Shown here piece by piece: positions 1-38,666 of a stretch of DNA of 64,000 nt (position 1 is its first letter; each line of letters begins with the position of its first letter). The DNA lies in the NCBI GenBank assembly GCA_951406725.2, contig OX597841.1, positions 13,702,001 through 13,766,000 on the forward strand, written 5' to 3'. The notes under the pieces were generated by a model that saw only the letters and a program-made list of their open reading frames with translations, was not told where the DNA came from and did no database searches. Origin of the DNA: Octopus vulgaris (lineage: Eukaryota). The translations under genes were made by a program, and so were the position numbers.

Positions 1-504
1 AGGTGCCATGCAGTGGAACTGAACCCAGAAACTTGGTTAGGAAGCAAGCTTCTTACCACAGAGCCATGGAAGACTCACACACACACACACACACAAACAT
101 TGATAGACATGCGCTTAGAAGTGGAAGAATATGAAAGTTCATATTCTTGCCTGATTCGGAACCCCCTTCTCCTCTCTTCTCCTCATTAATATTTAACCCC
201 TCACCCGACATCGTATGTACTTAAACCCCTATTTTCAGTTACTGATACTACTGTTTACCAGCCCCCTTCTTGGTCCCTTTTGTTCTTCACAGTAAACCTT
301 ATGTATTCCATATTTGAAGAAAATCTGTCTGTCTGTCTGCTAGACACAAACTGAAAGAAACCCATCGTGTATCACACACACAGATTGTGAGGCGAGCGGA
401 ACTTTAGCGAAAGTTTTGTCTTCGCCCAGATCCAGCTTCGGTCCCTCCCACCCTCCAATCGACCCCCTCCCCTCATTCAAACGGGTATCTTCAAATTCTT
501 ATCA

Positions 505-960
505 TCGCCCCCTCTCTCTCTCACTTTATCTATCTCTTTCTGTCTGTCTATCTCTTTCTCTCTCTGTCTGTCTATTTCTTTATCTGTCTCTCTACCTATA
601 TCTTTCTCCTTCTCAGTTATCTGTCTGTCTCTCTCTCTCTCTCTCTATCTGTTTGTCCCTCTCTGCATATCTTTCTATCTATTTATCTCTCCTCTCTCTC
701 TCTCTCTATCACTTTCTCCTTTATCACCGCCCCCCTCTCTCTCTCTCTCTCTTTATCTCTCTCTGTCTGTCTGTCTCTCTCTCTGCCTATCTCTGTATAT
801 CTCTCCCAGTGTCTGTCTGTCTCTCTCTCTGTGCCTATCTATCTGTCTATCCCTTTATCTATTTATCTCCCTCCCCTTCTCTCTCTATCACTTCCCCCAC
901 CTCTCTCTCTCTCTCTCTCTTACCCTCATTCTGTCTCCCTTCTATCCCTCTCTCTCTCTT
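505..960 (+). repeat. CT/TCTG polypyrimidine tract directly upstream of FAH
   Basis: Degenerate (CT)n/(TCTG)n/(TCTA)n. Confidence 0.9.
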
Positions 961-1026
961 ATGATAAAAGCCATTTCTACTTTCCTCTCGCACCGCTTTG
1001 TATCTACATTGAAACTTTTCCCCAAA
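961..1026 (+). CDS. Possible in-frame N-terminal extension of FAH (MIKAISTFLSHRFVSTLKLFPK), mitochondrial-presequence-like
   Basis: ATG 66 nt upstream of the conserved Met, in frame, no stop; basic/hydroxylated/hydrophobic residues, no D/E. Confidence 0.45.
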
Positions 1027-25281
<24,255 letters not shown>

Positions 25282-28200
25282 ACAATAACCTCTGACCTTT
25301 CTTCCATTCATTGTTCTTTCCTTTTCTGAGGTGGGGGTCTTTTGGCTATTTTTATCTTGAGTGTTTGTTTGCTTAATTGACTTCATTTTAATTAGTTTAG
25401 TTAATTGGCTTAGTTGAGACAATTGACGCCTCTCATTTGCAGAACCTTCTTTATCATTCTGCTGTATTGTTTTACGAAAAAAGCATGGAAGGGGGGGGGA
25501 CAATAGTCATTGATGTGTTAAAGGCAAGGCATGATACGCACACACACACACACACACACAGTATAAAGTCATACATACTCATAGCCCTTTAGTATTTAAA
25601 CCAATCATATTTGAGGCCCAAATTTTCAACCTGTTTTATGTTCAAATTGGCCTGATCCAGCCTCTCATACCTACCCTACAATGTCATTTTAAAACTAAAC
25701 AATCACATCATTGAAATCTCAACGCTATGAGATAATCTAGGATTAATTCAAAACAATGTGAATAAATACGGATTACATTTGACAGGATAATCTGAATGCT
25801 AAAGGGTTAAATGTATGTATGTATGTATATATATATATATATATATATTTGTATGTGTGTATAAACCCACACAATACATATATACATAATATATATGGTT
25901 ACATATATATATATATATATATATATAAGGAGCACTCCGTCGGTTACTATGATGAGGGTCCAGCTGATATGATCAACGGAACAGCTTGCTCATGAAATTA
26001 ACGTGCAAGTGGCTGAGTATTCCTCAGACACGTGTACCCAGGGAAATTCAGTGTGACACAGGGTGTGTCAAGGCTGGTTTTTGAAATACAGGTACAACAC
26101 ATTTTTGCCAGCTGAGTAGACTGGAGCAATGTGAAATGAAGTGTCTTGCTCAAGGACACCATGCATTGCTGGGAATTGAACTCACGACCTTACAATCATG
26201 AGCCAAATGCCCTAACCACTAAGCCACGTGCCTTCATATATATATATGTATGTTCTATGTGTATACACACACACACACACGCACAAACACACACACACAC
26301 ACACACATACACACACCTTCACTATGGCAGCTAAAGATTTTTTTTGTCTTTTATACACAATTTCTGGTTTAAATAAATGTCCCAATAAAATTATATTTTG
26401 CATCAATTTCTATAAATTGTTTATATTTAATGTTTTTACTTGTGTCCTAAATGGCCACCACCGTATGTACTACGGCCAATACGATACACCCAACCATTGC
26501 CATCTTCTATCGATGCTGATCTAAGATTCTTCAATTTGGTCGTTGACTCATAAAACCATGGGGTCCCAGTAGATCTTCCTTCAGTAAGCCGCCCTTTAAT
26601 AGTAAGTATTCACACGCATACACACACATGCATACATACATACGGCTGTGTGGTAAGTAGCTTGCTTACGAACCACATGGTTCTGGGTTCAGTCCCACTG
26701 CGTGGCACCTTGGGCGAGTGTCTTCTACTATAGCCTCGGGCTGACCGAAGCCTTGGGAGTGGAATTGATAGACGGAAACTGAAAGAAGCCTGTCGTATAC
26801 ATGTATGTATATATATATGTGTATGTGTTTGTGTGTCTGTGTTTATCCCCCCAACATCGCTCGACAACTGATGCTGGTGTGTTCATGTCCCCGTAACTTA
26901 GCGGTTCGGCAAAATAGACTAAAGGCGGTGCTCCAGCATGGCCGCAGTCAAATGACTGAAACAAGTAAAAAAAGAAAAAAAACTTACATACATACATACA
27001 TGCACACAAACAAGCAAAAGGGAACACAGTGTAAATAAGGGACAGAGTCAAGACTATTCAAAAGGTTGCAAGACAAAACGAAAATTTTAGGAAAATGAAA
27101 ATAAGAAATAAAGGGAAATTTTACCAGTGAGTGTGTTAAATAATAAGGCACAAAAAGAGAATGACCCTCCCCAGACACAACAGAATATGCTTCAACACAC
27201 GAACTCATATAAAGAATCTTGCAAACCAAATCCAAAGACGAAATTTATGTAAGAGTTACTTCCCTTTACCTATTCAGGGACACATTAGAGACACTGTCTC
27301 AATAAAAGACAGGATGGTCACAGCTGGAACATCTTTGATCATAGGTCTACTGGATTAGGACTGACCTGGGGCTAAACAACAGCAACAAAGAAGGACAGAT
27401 TAGATAATGTAATCCTTGATACAGCATGCGTCAATAAAAGGCAGGATGGTCACGTTTGGAATATGATCTTATGTCCAGTAGATGAGGGTTGACCTGGGGT
27501 TAAATAGCAACAACACAGAAGTACACATTAGATAATAGAGTCCTAGGTATATTATGCCTGAATAAAAACCAGGATGATACACAGGACATTAACCTGGTGG
27601 TGGTGGTGGTGGTGGTGGTGGTTGTAGTGGTGGTGGTGGTGGTTGTTGTAGTAGTGGTGGCGGTAGTAGTGCTGGTGGTTGTAGTAGTAGTAGTGGTGGT
27701 GGTGGTGGTTTTAGTAGTGGTGATGGTTGTAGTAGTGGTGGTGGTTGTGGTTGTAGTGGTGGTGGTGGTTGTGGTTGTAGTGGTTGTAGTAGTGGTGGCG
27801 GTAGTAGTGGTGGTGGTGCTGGTTGTAGTAGTGGTGCTGGTTGTGGTGGTTTTAGTAGTGGTGGCGGTAGTAGTAGTGGTAGTGGTTGTAGTGGTGGTGG
27901 TGGTGGTGGTGGTTGTAGTAGTGGTGGTGGTGATGGTGGTCGTCGTCGTCTTAGTGGTAGTAGCAGTTATAGTAGATGTGGTGGTGGTGACAGTGGTGCT
28001 GTGGTAATGGTGATGGTGTTAGCAGTATTGGTGGTGGTGGTCATGGCTGTATAACGGTCCACACGAAGAAGGAAGATTGCATTGTCAGACAGCAGCTAAA
28101 ACTAGGAACAAATAATAGAAAAACAACAAGGTAAATTAATGACCAGCAGAGAAACCTAATTAGTGAACCTGCTGCTGTGGTTGACTAATTACAGGTAATT

Positions 28201-29477
28201 AATTAAGTAATCAGTGAACTAACAATACTAATTAGAAACCACACAAACAACATCATCATCATCGTTTAGCGTCCGTTTTCCATGCTAGCATGGGTTGGAC
28301 GGCTCTACTGGGGTCTGTGAAGCCAGAAGGCTTCATCAATAATAATAATGATAATAATAGCAAATATTCTGCTCAATACCACAGATTTGCTTGTCAGTTG
28401 TTTGACCTTAACCAGTTGATTATGTCCCTTAGTGGCTGACGATATGTGGATCTCTGATCACGAGCAGAAGTAGTGGGGGAGCATCATAGCCATGTGTTGA
28501 GGGGGATTCTTTGGGATTTGAATAATTCACCTCTGGAAACATGGGTGTTTCGTTCAACATCCTTAAACAACCCTTATTCGGGGACCTTTTGAGCAGGATG
28601 GGTTACTCGACCAGAAGAAAATTCCAACTGGGCCCCACCTGCAAGGTCATGTGCTGTTTATCTTGATATGAGATCACCATGTTGCGCACATATGGTTGTG
28701 ATGCATGTGCCTGCTGTACCTTTATCAGACGGGTAGTCATGATGGGTATATTGGGCTTCGTATATTTGTACCTCAGTGTCGATTTGATGGAATGCACTGC
28801 TCTCTCACTCAATAATAATAATAAGAGAAACTATAAGAAGGGTGCAGCTGTTATCAAATGAACAATATTCCGACATCTCGTGTGTCTTCCACAAGTTTAA
28901 AATAAACGAAGTAGATTGAGATGTTTGTATATGCGTTTCTTTACTTTCTGGAGGAGTAACATCAATCTGTAAATATTAATAATAATATAGGTGTAGGAGT
29001 GGCTGTGTGGTAAGTAGCTTGCTTACCAACCACATGGCTCCAGGTTCAGTCCCATTGCGTGGCACCTTGGGGCAAGTGTCTCCTGCTATAGCCTTGGGCC
29101 GACCAAAGCCTTGTGAGTGGATTTGGTGGACGGAAAACTGAAAGAAGCCCATCTAAGGTTACTTAGATGTTGTGGCCTGATGTTATGAATTTTTCTTTTC
29201 CAACAATCTAATCTGTTGTGTGTATATGAATAATAATAATAATAATAATAATGATTGGTGTCATGTAAAATGCACCCATACCAGTGTCAAATAAAAGTGC
29301 CCATGGCAGTGGCACACACAAAGCACCCAGTGCTACTCTGTAAAGTGGTTGGCATTAGGAATGGCATCCAACTGTGGAAACCATGCCAAAGCTGACAACT
29401 GAGGCCTGGTGCTGTTCTCTGGCTTGCCAGCTCCTGTCAAACTGTCCAACCCATGCCAGCATGGAAAATGGACGTTT

Positions 29478-30610
29478 AATTAGCAGCAAATTTGTTTTAA
29501 CTCACCGAAAGGTGTCCTCCAACTCCAAAATTGTCCCTTGAAATTAGTTAACAATGGGATTATTTGAGCAATGAAACCAGGCATCATACAACCGAGGATG
29601 CTAGGAAAAGAGTTTAGGAGAATAGAATTCTTTCTGTTGACATACACAACCCAGGAGTGACCAAAGTATTTAATGTTATAAAAACAAACCTACCAATACT
29701 TTGAAAAAGTTCCAACATGAGAAATTGGTTGAATAAATGGAAGCACTCCGTCGGTTACGACGATGAGGGTTCCGGTTGATCCAAATCAACGGAACAGCCT
29801 GCTCGTGAAATTAACGTGTAAGTGGCTGAGCACTCCACAGACACGTGTACCCTTAACATAGTTCTCGGGGATATTCAGCGTGACACAGAGAGTGACAAGG
29901 CCGGCCCTTTGAAATACAGGTACAACAGAAACAGGAAGTTAGAGTGAGAGAAAGTTGTGGTGAAAGAGTACAGCAGGGATCACCACCATCCCCTGCCGGA
30001 ACCTCGTGGAGCTTTTAGGTGTTTTCGCTCAATAAACACTCACAACGCCCGGTCTGGGAATCGAAACCACGATCCTACGACCGCGAGTCTGCTGCCCTAA
30101 CCACTGGGCCATTGCACCTCCACGGTTGAATAAAATCTCACAAGGAACAGCAAGCATCAACCGGAAGAATAAGAAAAAGAACTTTAAAAATTCTTTACAA
30201 GGATAGAATTCACATCAGGGGAAAATCATGAGTTTTCCATGAAAGACTGTGGAATATGCTGTAACAAGAAACAATTCCAAATATTTGGATACTGATTCTG
30301 GTGCAAAATTTTAAAATGGATTCTCCTCCTTCTAAGTAAATACAAACACGAATTGTAAGACACAGAATTTAATATACTGTGTAATCTGTCCCAAATGCAA
30401 AGAGAATTATATCGGTGAAACCGGAAACTACCTTTGTCAATGTTCGAGGATTCATAGACAACAAATTAAACAAATGGCATTATGTGAGATTCCACTGAGA
30501 AAACATCTTTCTATTCTATAAATGCCCAAGGGCTGATCCAAAATATTGGAAGGAAATGCATCTTATGGAAAAAATACATTTTATAAATAATTTTCACCAA
30601 AACTAAACAT
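29478..30610 (+). mobile_element. Penelope-like retroelement remnant (linker, Cys motif, GIY-YIG endonuclease), degraded and SINE-interrupted
   Basis: 30351-30521 translates NCKTQNLIYCVICPKCKENYIGETGNYLCQCSRIHRQQIKQMALCEIPLRKH; upstream HNPGVTKVFNVIKTNLPIL* and CGIC; downstream FINNF..PKLN-like end. Not in the ORF track. Confidence 0.85.
29738..30123 (-). mobile_element. tRNA(Arg)-like SINE family C, full length, 11-bp TSD
   Basis: TSD GGTTGAATAAA at 29727-29737 and 30124-30134; A box TGGCCCAGTGG, B box GGTTTCGATTCC; resembles the Octopus OR-type SINEs (from memory). Confidence 0.9.
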
Positions 30611-30611
30611 A

Positions 30612-31015
30612 GGCGCAGGAGTGGCTGTGTGGTAAGTAGCTTGCTAACCAACCACATGGCTCCGGGTTCAGTCCCACTGCGTGGCATCTTGGGCAAGTGC
30701 CTTCTGCTATAGCCCCGGGCCGACCAATGCCTTGTGAGTGGATTTGGTAGACGGAAACTGAAAGAAGCCCGTTGTATATATGTATATATATATATATATG
30801 TGTGTTTGTGTGTCTGTGTTTGTCTCCCTAACATTGCTTGACAACCGATGCTGGTGTGTTTACGTCCCCGTCACTTAGCGGTTCGGCAAAAGAGACCGAT
30901 AGAATAAGTACTGGGCTTACAAAGAATAAGTCCTGTGGTCGATTTACTTGACTAAAGGCGGTGCTCCAGCATGGCCACAGTCAAATGACTGAAACAAGTA
31001 AAAGAGTAAAAGAGT
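30612..31015 (+). mobile_element. SINE family A, full length
   Basis: Family A head, body and tail. Confidence 0.9.
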
Positions 31016-32128
31016 ATTTAAATAATATATTTATAATCTCATGAGAAATTTTCATTAAAAAATTAGTTTGCCAGATGAATTAAAGCAAATAATTAGTGGA
31101 TGTTATTAATAATTTTTATTAATTTAATTGAAATTACTTAAGGCAAAGAGCTGGCAGAATTGTTAGCATGCCAGGCAAAATGTTTAGTGGCATTTTGGCG
31201 TTCTGAGTTCAAATTCTGCCGAGGTTGACTTTCAGGGTTAATAAATTAAGTACCAGTTGTGTACTGGAGTCAATCTAATTGACGGGCCCCCCTTCCACCA
31301 AAATTTCAAGCCTTGGGCCTATAGTAGAAAGGTTTATTGAAATTATTTGAATCGTTAATTCCTTAAATACACACAACACACACACGCACACACTCCTGCG
31401 TTATGCATTTTGTTTGTGTTTGCGTATGTGCACAACAATAAAAATCACCCTGGAAGCGAAAGAGAGTGGCAGATGTCAATATTTCAGTGGCATTTCTGCT
31501 CTTCATCGACCAATTTGTCATGAAGACCTGTCTTGCATTGATGAAGGAATTTTATGTAAGTTGAAAACAGGTTAATGTTTGTGACAGGAAGGGCATCCAG
31601 TCGTTGGCAATGAATTCCATTTGACTCATGGAAGCACGGAAAAAAAGGGATGTTGAAATGATGATGATGATGATGATAGTAATGTTGGTGGTGGTGAGGG
31701 TTGTAGCAGTTGCGATGGTGATGATAATGATGACGGTAATAGTTATACGTGTGTGTGTATTCTTGTATTTCGCCGGGTGAAATGCGTAGCCGTATTTCGT
31801 CTGCCATTACGTTCTGAGTTCAAATTCCACCGAGGTCGACTTTGCCTTTCATCCTTTCTGGGTCGATAAATAAAGTACCAGTTTCGCACTGGGGTCTATG
31901 TAATCAACTTAATCCCTTTGTCTGTCCTTGTTTGACCCCTCTATGTTTAGCCCCTTGTGTATGTATGTATGTATGTATGTATTTGTGTATGTGTACCTGT
32001 ATATGCATGTGTGTGTATGTATATACGTATCTATGTGTATGTATGTGTGTATGCATGCATTTATGTATGTATTATGTATGTGTGTACATAGGTATGTGTG
32101 CATATATGTGTGTAAGTATTTCTAAATA

Positions 32129-32169
<41 letters not shown>

Positions 32170-32333
32170 CGTCTATGTCTAGCATATTTGACGTCTATAT
32201 CTAGCATGTTGACCATTCACTTTTAGTGGTCAGTCCTTTAACTTTTGTATGTAAAAATATTTTAATCTTCGGATTTTTTTAATATGTTGGGCCACTGGTT
32301 TTAATTGATTAATATCAATTTCTACCCTTATTC

Positions 32334-32389
<56 letters not shown>

Positions 32390-32499
32390 AAAGCAATTAA
32401 GATTCAAGTCAGTTCTATTGAATTCACTTGAATGCGGTACTTAACTTAGATGCACCAGAAAACTATATGGTGTTAACCATACAGTAATGTGGGGTGATT

Positions 32500-32693
32500 A
32501 TAAACGAGAAAAAGCAACAAGAATGGATTAGTTTTTAGTACAATTGTTTCATACAAAGACAGGCTTTATTAAAAGTTGCAAATATTGCAGCAGATAAAAG
32601 TATCTGCTGCAATATTTGCAACTTTTAATAAAGCCTGTCTTTGTATGAAACAATTGTACTAAAAACTAATCCATTCTTGTTGCTTTTTTCTCG

Positions 32694-32698
<5 letters not shown>
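32500..32698. repeat. Near-perfect palindrome, 97-bp arms, 4-nt loop
   Basis: 32500-32596 / AAAG / 32601-32698; 88 consecutive perfect pairs, then one bulge. Confidence 0.95.
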
Positions 32699-32737
<39 letters not shown>

Positions 32738-33354
32738 TATGTATATGCAGATACACATACACACCTCCTGTTGTGTATGTTCTCAAGGTGTCGGATGCCA
32801 GACATATATCAATGAAAGACGGACACCAATGCTGGTCTGTTACAACAAGCGCCGTCTCTTTTGAGATTAAAAGAAACAGAAAATTTATTAAAAAAAAACT
32901 GAATCGGAAAAAAAAAACAAAACAAAATAAACAACCCCGAAAAATCTCTCTCAGAGAATCTCTTTGACATTTTCTCAACAAGTTCCGATTCACCGAACCA
33001 AAATGAAATCCAAGAAATATATTCTATGATTTCTCCAATTCGGTAAAATCCATTCTCAGACAAGACTCTTTAGAACACAATCTTCCATCTTCTTCATTGT
33101 TTTGACATTTTCTTAAAGATTCCGGCTGACATTTCTTGGAGAAAATTTCATTCCTGAAAAATTAGCTTTCGTTTAGTGACGCCATTCCATTGGTTTGGTT
33201 TTGTTTTTTATGCTTTTTGTAGTTGTTTTTGTGTTGTTGTTTGTTGTTATGTTTTAAATGTCTTTCTCTAATGTGCTCGTTAATATTTTTAATTATTGGT
33301 TTATGGCAGAGACATTTGCAGGAATTTTCTTGGGATTTTAATTAAAATGTTACA

Positions 33355-33445
<91 letters not shown>

Positions 33446-34014
33446 TTATCTTATCTATCCACCCATCCATCCACCCAATACCTCTCTCTCTCACCGAGGC
33501 AATAACTAGTGACTGAGACCTTTGGAAATATGCTGTGTGTGAGAAGACCCGGCAGGACTAGTGAGACCATAACCCATGGCCTCTACCTGGGATGTAGCCA
33601 GTCCACTTATGCATACCTCTCCTTCTTGGGACACAAAACTCTGCTTGCGAAGACCTGTTGAGGCAAGTGAGAATCAAAATCAAAATCAATCAACATCAAT
33701 GGAAATTGTAGCTGTGATACCAGTGCCGGTGGCACGTAAGCGAACCATCCAAATGTGGCCATTGCCAGTGCCGCCTTGACTGGCCACCATGCCGGTGGCA
33801 CATAAAAAGCACCAACTGATTGTGGATGTTGCCAGCCTCGCCTCGCCTCTGTGCCGGTGGCACGTAAAAAGCACCCACTACACTCACGGAGTGGTTGGCG
33901 TTAGGAAGGGCATCCAGCTGTAGAAACACTGCCAGATCAGACTGGAGCCTGGTGCAGCCTCCTGGCTTCCCAACCCATGCTAGCACGGAAACCGGATGTT
34001 AAACGATGATGATG

Positions 34015-34511
34015 AGAGAAATCTGTCCGCATGGATGATGGTTCATTTGCGCTAAATGAGGATGCAAAGAGAGAGGTTTGGAGACGCCATTATGAAAGGT
34101 TGCTGAATGAAGAAAATGAATGGGAGAATGAGAGTCTGCTGAATGTCAACCCAACAGAGGGACCAGCAATCCGAGTTGACAGTACCTTGGTAGATAAGGC
34201 AATAAGAAGACAGGGAAAGCCCCAGGCCCATCAGGAATTACTGCAGAGATGCTCAAAATATCTGGTAGTGTTGGCTCTAGCCTAGTCACCCATATAGTTA
34301 ACCAAGTGATACACGAAGGAGTCATTCCCAATGACTGGTGTAGCAGCATAATAGTCAACTGCTACAAAGGTAAAGGTGACGCTTTAGATACAAATAATTA
34401 CAGAGGTATCAAGCTGTTGGATCAGGTAATGAAGGTTACGGAGAGGGTCATAGCCCAACTGATTAGGGAGAGAGTCAGCTTGGATGAGATGCAGTTTGGT
34501 TTCTTGCCAGG
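34015..34511 (+). mobile_element. RTE-clade LINE reverse transcriptase fragment (frameshifted, truncated)
   Basis: GVIPNDWCSSIIVNCYKGKGDALDTNNYRGIKLLDQVMKVTERVI...MQFGFLPG; ends in (GATA)n. Confidence 0.9.
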
Positions 34512-35209
34512 GATAGATAGATAGATAGATAGATAGATAGAGGGAGAGAGAGGGAGAGAGAGATAGACAGACAGATAGATAAGTAGATAGATAGATAGAG
34601 AAAGAGATAGATAGATAGACAGAGAGAGAAAGAGGGATAGAGTTGTAGTAATATATACACACATATACACACACATTTCTTAATAACATCATGCTTATAC
34701 GCATGTAACCATATACACATGTGTATAAGCGTATGCCTGTCTACATGTTAATGTGCATTTATCTGCATAAATATTTCCGCAGGTGAGCATCTGCACACAC
34801 ACACACGCACGCATGTGTGCGTGTGCACGAACACGACTGCATGCGTGTCCCCTACATACTGCAGTTTAACCAGTCAACCACAAGCCTAGCTCGGTGACTT
34901 ACCACCATCTGGTCATACAGTCACATGTTTGTCAGCCACATGTTTGAACGCAGCCTCGTGCATGGGCGCGTGTTTATTCCACACCTCTAGGTACAAACCA
35001 AATCCTCCTCATCCCTCCCTCCTCTCTCTTCAAATACCGTTTTATCTCTACAGGAATCTCTCTCTACATCTTTCTCTCTTCTTCACAATCTATCAATTTG
35101 TCTCAATCTCCATTAATCTTTATTTCTTCCTCTCCATCACTCAATCTATTTTTCTATTTTCCTGTCGACATATCCCTTCTCATTGCTTTCAATTCATCTC
35201 TCCCCCACT

Positions 35210-35600
<391 letters not shown>

Positions 35601-35822
35601 CTCCAGTCGTCCCTATTTTCTGTCTGTCAAAGCAGTCAGATGGAATATTTGGATGTGATATGAGTTACACTTGGAAATCACGGCTTCATTTAACCTCAAG
35701 CTTGTTTTCAGCTTCAAAAACCTTACACACATAATATACACATTCATACAACCATACATGTACACACACGCAAACACACACATACATAAATATATATATT
35801 TCTATATATTTTGTATGATTTA

Positions 35823-35862
<40 letters not shown>

Positions 35863-35865
35863 ATC

Positions 35866-35910
<45 letters not shown>

Positions 35911-35996
35911 CAAATATATATACTAACACATACATAGGTATATATGTGTGCATGCGTGCGTACATATATAGATGTACATGTATGTATATATAAGAA

Positions 35997-36180
35997 GTCT
36001 TTGGACAAATTCCTTCAAACAGTCCCGGACAAACCACCCACACCCGGATATGTCTCCGCAAACAATAACTCTCTGCTCGAATAGGCCTTGGTGCCCAAAT
36101 CCTGAATTGAAAGACTTTGCCAGATGGTGCTATTAAGTTAGACATGGCCTGGGCCAATAATGGCCAAAACCTTTCTAAGT
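35997..36180 (+). mobile_element. CR1-group LINE extreme 3' end
   Basis: SLDKFLQTVPDKPPTPGYVSANNNSLLE* resembles the LDKFL..PD.P..PGY...NSL C-terminus. Confidence 0.6.
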
Positions 36181-36296
36181 TATATATATATGTGTATATT
36201 TATGTATTTATATAAATAAATATGTATCTATATATATCGTTAGCTACTACACACATTTTTTTTCTCTCCTTGTTTCTCTCCTTGTATTTTTTCTGT

Positions 36297-36338
36297 GTCC
36301 CTTTCCGTAGAAGAGCGTAGGCTCGAAACGTAAAAGAC
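36297..36338 (+). ncRNA. Degenerate minimal type-I hammerhead ribozyme motif within a probable Penelope-type terminal repeat fragment (~36237-36430)
   Basis: GTC(CC)TTT-CCGTAGA-A-GAGC GTAG GCTC-GAAA-CGTA^AAAGAC; two deviations from CUGANGA. Confidence 0.45.
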
Positions 36339-37452
36339 TTTTTCTATCCCTGAGCGCTATACTAATACATCCGTTTGTTTGTACTCTACCTGCCTTCGTC
36401 TTTTGTTTATTTTCGTAAACTTTCCCTTTATATCATCATCGTTTAGCGTCTGCTTTTCATGCTGGCATGGGTTGGAGGGTGCAACTGGGGTCTGGGAATA
36501 ATAAAAAAAATAATAATAATAATAATAATAATAATTGTGTACAGTGCTCAGGTGCACTACAACTCATCTAAAGTGTATATATAATCAGGTGTAGTTTCGA
36601 CGGATTTCGGGAAGCATGAGGGCCTTAAAGGAAGCCAGAAGGCTGCACTGAGCCCAGTCTGATCTGGCAATGTTTCTACGACTGGATGCCCTTCCTAACG
36701 CCAACCACTCCGTGAGTGTAGTGAGTGCTTTTTACGTACCACCGGCACAGGTGCCAGACGGAGCTGGCAAACGGCCACGAATGGATGGTGCTTTTACGTG
36801 ATATATATATATACATATCATCATCATCATCGTTTAGCGTCCGCTTTCCATGCTGGCATGGGTTGGACAGTTTGACTGAGGTCTGGAGAGCCAGCAGCTG
36901 CACCAGACTCGAATTGGATCTGGCAGTGTTTCTACAGCTGGATGCCCTTCCTTACGCCAACCACTCTGAGAGTGTAGTTGGTGCTTTTTACATGCCACTG
37001 GCACAGAAGCCAGTCAGGCAGGCCTAGTATCAATCATGTTCAAATAGCACTTATTACATGCGACTGGCACAGGGGCCAGTCAGGGGGTACTAGCATTGGC
37101 TACATTCAGATGGTCCTTTATATATATATATATATATATAGATAGATATATAAAGAGAAGGGAAGAAAGTAGAAACTATCTGTCTCCTAATGTATTGAAA
37201 AATAGATGCTTTCATAAAACATCTATACGTTTCTTTCATTCAAAATTTGGCTGTATTTGGGCAAGACAAATATATATGTATATATATATATATTCATATA
37301 CATACACAGATGTATATATGAACATATATATGTGTGTGGGTGTGTGGGTGTGTATTTATAAATATATATATATATATGGATGTGTATATCTATCTGTCTA
37401 TTTGTATATATACATATATACGCATATATGTATATATATGCATGTTTACATA

Positions 37453-37490
<38 letters not shown>

Positions 37491-37714
37491 CGCTACACAA
37501 CTTATTGGTTATGCATTTTTTGCTGTTTCATAGAAATCAAGATACACTTAAGTATAAGCACTCTCTCTCATATATACATTTGCATAGAGATACAGTACAT
37601 GTATATATATATTTTATATATTTACTTGTATACATACATAAACATGTGTATATGTGTATATAAATGTGTGTGTGCATGTGTGTATATATATATATATATA
37701 TATGTGTGTATATA

Positions 37715-38135
37715 TAACTATATATATATATATATGTGTATATATAACATATATATATATATATATGTGTATATATAACATATATATATGTGTATATATA
37801 ACATATATATATATATATGTGTATATATAACATATATATATGTGTATATATAACATATATATATATATATGTGTATATATAACATATATATATATATATG
37901 TGTATATATAACATATATATATGTGTATATATAACATATATATATGTGTATATATAACATATATATATGTGTATATATAACATATATATATATATGTGTG
38001 TATATATAACATATATATATATATGTGTATATATAACATATATATATATATGTGTATATATAAATATATATATATATGTGTATATATAACATATATATAT
38101 ATATGTGTATATATAACATATATATATATATATAT
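37715..38135 (+). repeat. AT-rich minisatellite (GTGTATATATAAC(AT)n units)
   Basis: Repeated gtgtatatataacat with variable AT spacer. Confidence 0.9.
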
Positions 38136-38618
38136 GTACAGACACACACATATATATTTATGCCTATAAGAATGCATTATATATATATATATGCATATGT
38201 ATGTATGTATGTATATATATATATGCATTCATTACTAACACTTTGAAAGCATATTTTAAGAAATGGTTATTGGTACCATTATGGCTAAGTGGAATTTCAA
38301 AATACCACACATGTTAAGTGTGCATGTGTGTGTGTATATACATGTGTGTTGTATGTGAGTAATATACATGCATACATGGACATATATGTATATATATACA
38401 TATATACACACACACATATATAAAAATATATATATATATTTATATATTCTTTTACTTTTGTTCTTTTATTTGTTTCAGTTATTTGACGAGGGCCATGCTG
38501 GAGCACCACATTTTAGTCAAGGAAATCAACTCCTGAGCTTATTCTTTGTAAGCATGGTCCCTATTCCATCGGTTTTTTTCCTTTCTGAACTGCTACTTAC
38601 CACACAGACACTGCTGCG

Positions 38619-38664
<46 letters not shown>

Positions 38665-38666
<2 letters not shown>

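Noticed and set aside
25761-25766. FAH polyadenylation signal AATAAA
   Set aside because: Lies in a repeat within AT-rich DNA and several alternatives exist; the 3' end cannot be fixed without transcript data.
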